Shown: piece after piece, positions 21,989 through 26,464 of the stretch | How positions within the stretch are numbered: position 1 is the stretch's first letter | How the letters are laid out: the number at the start of each line of letters is the position of its first letter | DNA from: a virus | Taxonomy: Duplodnaviria > Caudoviricetes | Length of the DNA stretch: 26,464 nt | Virus record (IMG/VR): IMGVR_UViG_3300011438_000035 | Location: 1 to 26,464 of that record | Reading direction: 5' to 3' (one strand) | The notes under the pieces: model-generated | Told to the model about the DNA's origin: nothing | The model's database searches: none | The model's input: only the letters and a program-made list of their open reading frames with translations | Position numbers and translations under genes: made by a program

Positions 21989-22253
21989 CCGCACCAACCA
22001 ACCATCGCTGTTCCCCGAACGGCCCCAGACGCCCTCCAGGCCGCGCCACGTCGTGCCACAGGCGCGCTCCTCGCACGTCGCCACCGTCCGCACGCCCTCG
22101 GGCGTCGTCTACGACTTCCACGACTGGACGCCCCTCGGCCCGCCGCTGCCGTTCGAGAGCATCCCGCCAGAGATCAGGCTCCCAGGCGAACCCGGATACA
22201 TCGAGATGGACAAGTTCATGCGCCCCGCCGGCGTCAAGGGGGGGGCGGGATGA
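21981..22253 (+). CDS. Hypothetical Pro-rich protein (90 aa)
   Basis: GGAG RBS, ATG 21981, overlaps both neighbours. N-terminal QPSLF. Confidence 0.6.
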   Translation: MADRTNQPSLFPERPQTPSRPRHVVPQARSSHVATVRTPSGVVYDFHDWTPLGPPLPFESIPPEIRLPGEPGYIEMDKFMRPAGVKGGAG

Positions 22254-22822
22254 AACTCCCCGGTCCTGTCCCCCGCATGTCGCCAACGATGCTCGAACGC
22301 ATCCGTCCCGTCCTGGATGAACCGTGCTCGGGATATCGGTGCGGAGGCGGCGAGGCACAATTCACCCGGCGCCGGATCGGCGCCGCGGTTACGATCCACT
22401 TACAATGTCAATCATGCGGCAAGTCGCTGACCGGCGCGTTGAGGCGGGCCGAGTTCTATACCTGGCAGGACTTCCCCGCGTGGGACGAAGAGATCCGCAC
22501 TACATGGGACGAGGGGCAACGCGCACAACATATCGAATACGCTCAAGACATCAACGCGGCGAGGGAGAGGCGGGCCGCTGACGCAGCGGTGCGCCGCGCG
22601 GAATACAGCCGATGGCTCCTGACATCCCCCGAGTGGCGCACCCTCCGTGACCGCGTCTGGCGCCGCGCCGGAGGCACCTGCGAAGCCTGCCTCGCCAATC
22701 GCGCCGGAGACATCCACCACGTCACCTACGCCCTCGGCCGCCTCCCACCAGCCTGGGAACTCCGCGCCGTTTGCCGACAGTGTCACGACCGTCTGCACGA
22801 CTGGACCGGCGGCGAGGAATGA
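22250..22822 (+). CDS. HNH endonuclease-like protein with an N-terminal zinc ribbon
   Basis: 'SPEWRTLRDRVWRRAGGTCEAC....DIHHVTY......ELRAVCRQCHDRLH'. Confidence 0.82.
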   Translation: MKLPGPVPRMSPTMLERIRPVLDEPCSGYRCGGGEAQFTRRRIGAAVTIHLQCQSCGKSLTGALRRAEFYTWQDFPAWDEEIRTTWDEGQRAQHIEYAQDINAARERRAADAAVRRAEYSRWLLTSPEWRTLRDRVWRRAGGTCEACLANRAGDIHHVTYALGRLPPAWELRAVCRQCHDRLHDWTGGEE

Positions 22823-25245
22823 TCCTCACCATCGAAACCGTCTCGGCCACGCGCGCGCAACTGTGGAGTGCTGGCTTCCGTCCCGTGCCCATCATCAACT
22901 GGGACGCCAAGGGCCCATCCCCCGGCAAGCGACCCCTCGGCGATAACTGGCGCGAGAGCGCACAGAAAGACCCGCCGTTCTGCACCACCATCGCCGCCGT
23001 CGATTTCGCGACCAACACAGGCATCCTCGCCGATGGCCTGCGCCCCATAGACATCGACATCGACGACCCCGCCATTGCCGCCCGCGTGCGCGACCTCGCC
23101 ATCGCTCGCTTTGCCCCCGCGCCCACACGCACCCGCCAAAACAGCCCGCGCTGCCTCATGCTCTACGCCGCCGCCGAGGGACAACCCCGCAAGATCGCCA
23201 TCACGGGCGCTACTCACACCGCCGCCAACGCCTGCAAGATCGAGATCCTCGGCGCCGGCCAACAGTTCGTCGCCTTCGGCCGCCACGCCACCGGAGCGGA
23301 CCTGGAATGGACCATCCCCCCCGGCGATATCGTCCGGCCAAACCTCCCCGTCATCACCGAAGCCCAACTCGCGGCGTTCCTCGCCGAGGCCGCCGTCATC
23401 ATCGATGCGGCACCACCGGGATATACTAACGGCCACGCCAATGGCGGCGACCACACCGGACAGAGCGCCGATCCCCAGGCCGAGCCGCTACGGGTCGCCG
23501 CCGCCATGGCAGCCATCCCAAACACCGGACCCGCCGACTGGGACGCATGGAGCCGCATCGGCATGGCTCTCTGGGCCGCCACGGGCGGGTCCGCCTTCGG
23601 CGGCGAGTTGTGGGAACAGTGGTCTAAACGCCACCCCGCCTACAATGCGGAAAAGACCCTGGAACGCTGGCGCGACTTCCCTAAATCGCCACCAACCCAC
23701 ATCGGCGCCGGCACGCTGTTCCACCTCGCCGGCGGCACGTTCCACCCCGAACCAGAGACGCCGGAGCCGCCCCCACCGATAGACGATCCCGGCTACTACA
23801 ATTCCGTCGAAATGGACGCGCCGCCTCCCGGTCCAAAAGAGGGAGCGGTGCGCGCCGTCTTTGATCCATGGAACACGCTGCGACCCGTTGCCTTCCCAAT
23901 TAACGCACTCCCCGAACGCCTGCGCGCTTTCGTCACCTCACGCGCCACCACGATCGGCGCCGACCCTTGCGCCATCGCCTGGGCGTGCCTTTCCGCCTGT
24001 AGCGCGGCTATCCATGGCGAGACGCGGCTACGGATGAAACGCCACGACTACTGGACCGTGGCGCCCGCCCTGTGGGTCGCATTGATCGGCGCGCCATCAA
24101 CCAAGAAAAGCCCGATCATCGACGCGGCGTGGACCCCGACCGGGCGCGTCCAGCACGGCGATCTAAAGCAATATCAAGGTGAACTCGCACGGTGGAAAGC
24201 ACTGTCGAAGAAGGATCGGGAAGAGACCCCCGAACCCGCGAAACCACGCAGGCTGATCAGCCACGACGGCACCATGGAGGCACTGCAAGAGATCCTTTCG
24301 CGGCAATCTCGCGGGATAGGCGTGCTCCGCGATGAACTGGCCGGATGGATCGGGTCAATGGAGAAATACGCCCCCGGCAAAGGGGGCGCGGCCGATAGGG
24401 CTTTCTGGCTACAGGCATATAACGGCGGCGCGCATGTCGTCGATCGCGTGATGCGCGGAACCGTGGCGATCGACAACCTATTGGTCACGCTCTGCGGCGG
24501 AATACAGCCGGAGCGGTTGCGCCAGTTCGGCGACCTCACTGATGACGGACTGTGGCAACGGTTCATCCCGGTCATCGTCGCCCCAGCCGCGATGGGCACG
24601 GACGAACCACCCGACCGGACGACCAACGACTACCGTGACATCGTTTGCGACCTGATCGATGCGCCGGCGGCGGACCTACGCCTGTCACCCGATGCCCACG
24701 CGATCCGGGACGATATGCAAACGCGCATCCACAAATTGGAACTGTCCGAGGTTCTCGGCGCGCGGTTTTGTGGGTTCGTTGGCAAACTTCCGGGTGTCTG
24801 GGGCAGACTGTGCATCGTGTTGCACATGGTAGCCGGAGAGACCGGAGACGTGTCGGAGACGACAGCGTTCAACGCGCATCGCCTGTTATTTCAGTCAGTC
24901 CTGCCTAACGCCGCGCGCGTCTATACGACCATGGGCGGCGCTGGCGCTGACATCGAGGCCACGCGCTCGATCGCGGGATATGTCCTGACCAAAGGGTTGC
25001 ACCGGATCGTCCTGTCAGACCTGACCAGCAATGTCCGGGTCTGCCGTCACAAGTCGGTCGAAGACATCCGCAAACTACTTTCCCCATTAGAGGCTGGCGG
25101 ATGGCTCGCGCCAGAGAAGGAGTTCGCGCCAACGTCCTGGTTGGTCAACGAGACCGTTCACGACTTCTTCGCGCGTCAGGCCGGGATCGAGCGGGACCGC
25201 AGGGTGATGGTGCGGTCCCTCATCACGGGAGGAATTGATATGTGA
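22819..25245 (+). CDS. Replicase: Prim-Pol + PriCT-2 + DUF3987-type helicase-like domain
   Basis: 'GKRP..W..NTGIL...IDIDID' (Prim-Pol). 'DWDAWSRIGMAL..WEQWSK..RWRDF..IGAGTLFHLA' (PriCT-2). 'IGAPSTKKS', 'TMEAL', 'RDELAGW', 'DGLWQRF' (DUF3987). Confidence 0.88.
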   Translation: MILTIETVSATRAQLWSAGFRPVPIINWDAKGPSPGKRPLGDNWRESAQKDPPFCTTIAAVDFATNTGILADGLRPIDIDIDDPAIAARVRDLAIARFAPAPTRTRQNSPRCLMLYAAAEGQPRKIAITGATHTAANACKIEILGAGQQFVAFGRHATGADLEWTIPPGDIVRPNLPVITEAQLAAFLAEAAVIIDAAPPGYTNGHANGGDHTGQSADPQAEPLRVAAAMAAIPNTGPADWDAWSRIGMALWAATGGSAFGGELWEQWSKRHPAYNAEKTLERWRDFPKSPPTHIGAGTLFHLAGGTFHPEPETPEPPPPIDDPGYYNSVEMDAPPPGPKEGAVRAVFDPWNTLRPVAFPINALPERLRAFVTSRATTIGADPCAIAWACLSACSAAIHGETRLRMKRHDYWTVAPALWVALIGAPSTKKSPIIDAAWTPTGRVQHGDLKQYQGELARWKALSKKDREETPEPAKPRRLISHDGTMEALQEILSRQSRGIGVLRDELAGWIGSMEKYAPGKGGAADRAFWLQAYNGGAHVVDRVMRGTVAIDNLLVTLCGGIQPERLRQFGDLTDDGLWQRFIPVIVAPAAMGTDEPPDRTTNDYRDIVCDLIDAPAADLRLSPDAHAIRDDMQTRIHKLELSEVLGARFCGFVGKLPGVWGRLCIVLHMVAGETGDVSETTAFNAHRLLFQSVLPNAARVYTTMGGAGADIEATRSIAGYVLTKGLHRIVLSDLTSNVRVCRHKSVEDIRKLLSPLEAGGWLAPEKEFAPTSWLVNETVHDFFARQAGIERDRRVMVRSLITGGIDM

Positions 25246-25250
25246 AAAAT

Positions 25251-25371
25251 CCTGACAATCCTGACAACCCGGACAAACCTGATTGCGTGCAATATATAAT
25301 TAGAATCAGGTTTTCCTTCTTATTTATTCGATTTCTATAAATGCCCCCACGCGCAATCAGAATTGTCAGGA
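25251..25371. repeat. Putative replication origin: 9-bp iterons around an AT-rich core
   Basis: Tandem CCTGACAAT, CCTGACAAC, CCGGACAAA, CCTGATTGC (25251-25286). Inverted copies at 25304-25310, 25353-25360 and 25362-25371. AT-rich 25291-25342. Confidence 0.8.
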
Positions 25372-25383
25372 ATGGAATGGACC

Positions 25384-25656
25384 ATGACCAACATCCGTAG
25401 AGACGAAACCATCGTAACCGCCAACCGCCCAACAGCGGACGACCCAGTCAGACGACATATCGAAAACGTCGCATACGACCATGGAAGGCGCACGGCGCTC
25501 CGACAACAACTCAAGGCGATCGTCGACCAGGCAGCCGCACAGGCGAGACGGGCAACCAAAACGGCGGACGGACCACTCGCGGACGGATACGAGCAGGAAC
25601 TGGCCGAAGGCGACAGCCTGTTGTGGCGGACACTCAACCTCGCACTGAGCCAATGA
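25384..25656 (+). CDS. Hypothetical protein
   Basis: Helical 90 aa ORF, ATGA-coupled to the next gene. Start 25372 or 25384. Confidence 0.6.
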   Translation: MTNIRRDETIVTANRPTADDPVRRHIENVAYDHGRRTALRQQLKAIVDQAAAQARRATKTADGPLADGYEQELAEGDSLLWRTLNLALSQ

Positions 25657-25862
25657 CCCGAGTCCGACTCACTGGCGCCGCCCGGTGCCGCTTCCCAGAC
25701 ATCGGCACCGCCCACGGCACCACCACGGCCGAGACCAGCCATTGGATCAGCGGCGAATGCGGCAAGTGGATCAGCGTCGAATGGCCCGGAGACCGCACCA
25801 CATGGCTCCGCGACGAGGACATCGAACTGGTGCGAGATGATGAAACCGATATGTCGAAATAA
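25653..25862 (+). CDS. Small beta-barrel-like hypothetical protein
   Basis: ATGA overlap. 'RVRL...GT...WISVEWPGDRTTWLRDEDIELV'. Confidence 0.55.
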   Translation: MTRVRLTGAARCRFPDIGTAHGTTTAETSHWISGECGKWISVEWPGDRTTWLRDEDIELVRDDETDMSK

Positions 25863-25880
25863 ATAGGGCCGATCCGGATC

Positions 25881-25920
25881 TGTGTTGACAACGCACAAAT
25901 CAACGCGGATTAGTGTGTTG
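25881..25920 (+). promoter_or_regulatory. Candidate late promoter
   Basis: Consensus TTGACA (25885-25890) inside the imperfect palindrome TGTGTTG-A-CAACGCA. Poor -10. TGTGTTG recurs at 25914-25920. Confidence 0.4.
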
Positions 25921-25942
25921 GACGCAACAATGGAGCAACGCC

Positions 25943-26293
25943 TTGGATGGAGGCATCACGGGAAAGGGCTTCAGAAAGGGCCAATCCGGCAATCCCAGTG
26001 GCCGTGCGAAGGCATGGGGAGACGTTGCCGATATGGCGAAGCAGCACACGCCAATGGCCATCAGCGCCCTCGCCAGGATCGCCAGCGACCGCGAGGCCCC
26101 TCCATCTGCCATCGTTGCTGCCTCGGTCGCGCTCCTCGATCGCGGGTGGGGTCGCCCCGCGCAGGCGATCACCGGATCTGACGGCCAGCCGCTCGCCATC
26201 GATTTCCGCTGGGCTGACAGCACTCCAACCGTCACAATCACCCAGGCAACGCGAACGATCGAGGCTACAGCTGCAAATTTGCAAACGGATTGA
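25943..26293 (+). CDS. Terminase small subunit-like protein (DUF5681-type motif)
   Basis: GGAG (25932-25935) precedes TTG 25943. 'FRKGQSGNPSGR...AISAL...AASVALLDRGWGRPAQAI'. Confidence 0.75.
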   Translation: MDGGITGKGFRKGQSGNPSGRAKAWGDVADMAKQHTPMAISALARIASDREAPPSAIVAASVALLDRGWGRPAQAITGSDGQPLAIDFRWADSTPTVTITQATRTIEATAANLQTD

Positions 26294-26464
26294 GGTCGTA
26301 ATGACCTCTCCAGTGCGCTCTTTTACAAACCCCGCATACACCCGCATACGACCGTTTTATCAGGTGGCCGATAGCAAATACGGCGGAAATGCTGGGCTTT
26401 TCGGTCTATGTCATGACATTTGCACGGTGTCAGCGGACGGTAATAGCACTATTACCAACGGCCC

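Larger units (their letters stand above)
1..26464. mobile_element. Temperate phage / prophage segment, P22-like podovirus architecture, probable alphaproteobacterial host
   Basis: Continuous phage modules: tail, ejection proteins, integrase/Xis, RecT, CI/Cro, methylases, primase, TerS-like. No recognisable host housekeeping genes. GcrA homologue present. Confidence 0.95.

Noticed and set aside
19027-22822. Restriction-modification system
   Set aside because: The nearby nucleases are VRR-NUC and HNH types usual in phage replication regions, so the methylases look like orphans.
26439-26456. dif (XerCD) site
   Set aside because: Palindromic, but lacks the 11-6-11 layout and the TTATGT-type XerD arm.

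Overview
The whole window is an uninterrupted, GC-rich temperate phage segment with no host genes, probably a P22-like podovirus. A GcrA homologue points to an alphaproteobacterial host. From left to right it holds: (i) the end of the virion module (+): tail fibre, chaperone, an HNH-AP2 endonuclease insertion, gp10-like tail hub, short tail protein, a sulfotransferase-GNAT fusion and three ejection proteins, the last with an M15 peptidase; (ii) a long leftward early operon (-): antirepressor, Gp157, HNH, RecT, lipoprotein, Xis, tyrosine integrase and many small genes; (iii) a CI/Cro switch with four readable operators; (iv) a rightward early operon (+): C5 and N6/N4 methyltransferases, NrdR-type zinc ribbon, GcrA, VRR-NUC, HNH and Prim-Pol/PriCT-2/DUF3987 replicase, followed by an iteron origin and a terminase-small-subunit-like gene. 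Three observations stand out. An endonuclease cassette sits inside the start of the essential gp10-like gene and supplies a synonymously recoded replacement start. A sulfotransferase-GNAT fusion lies in the virion operon. A candidate four-way-junction RNA switch lies downstream of int. All family calls come from motif recognition by eye; no searches were run.
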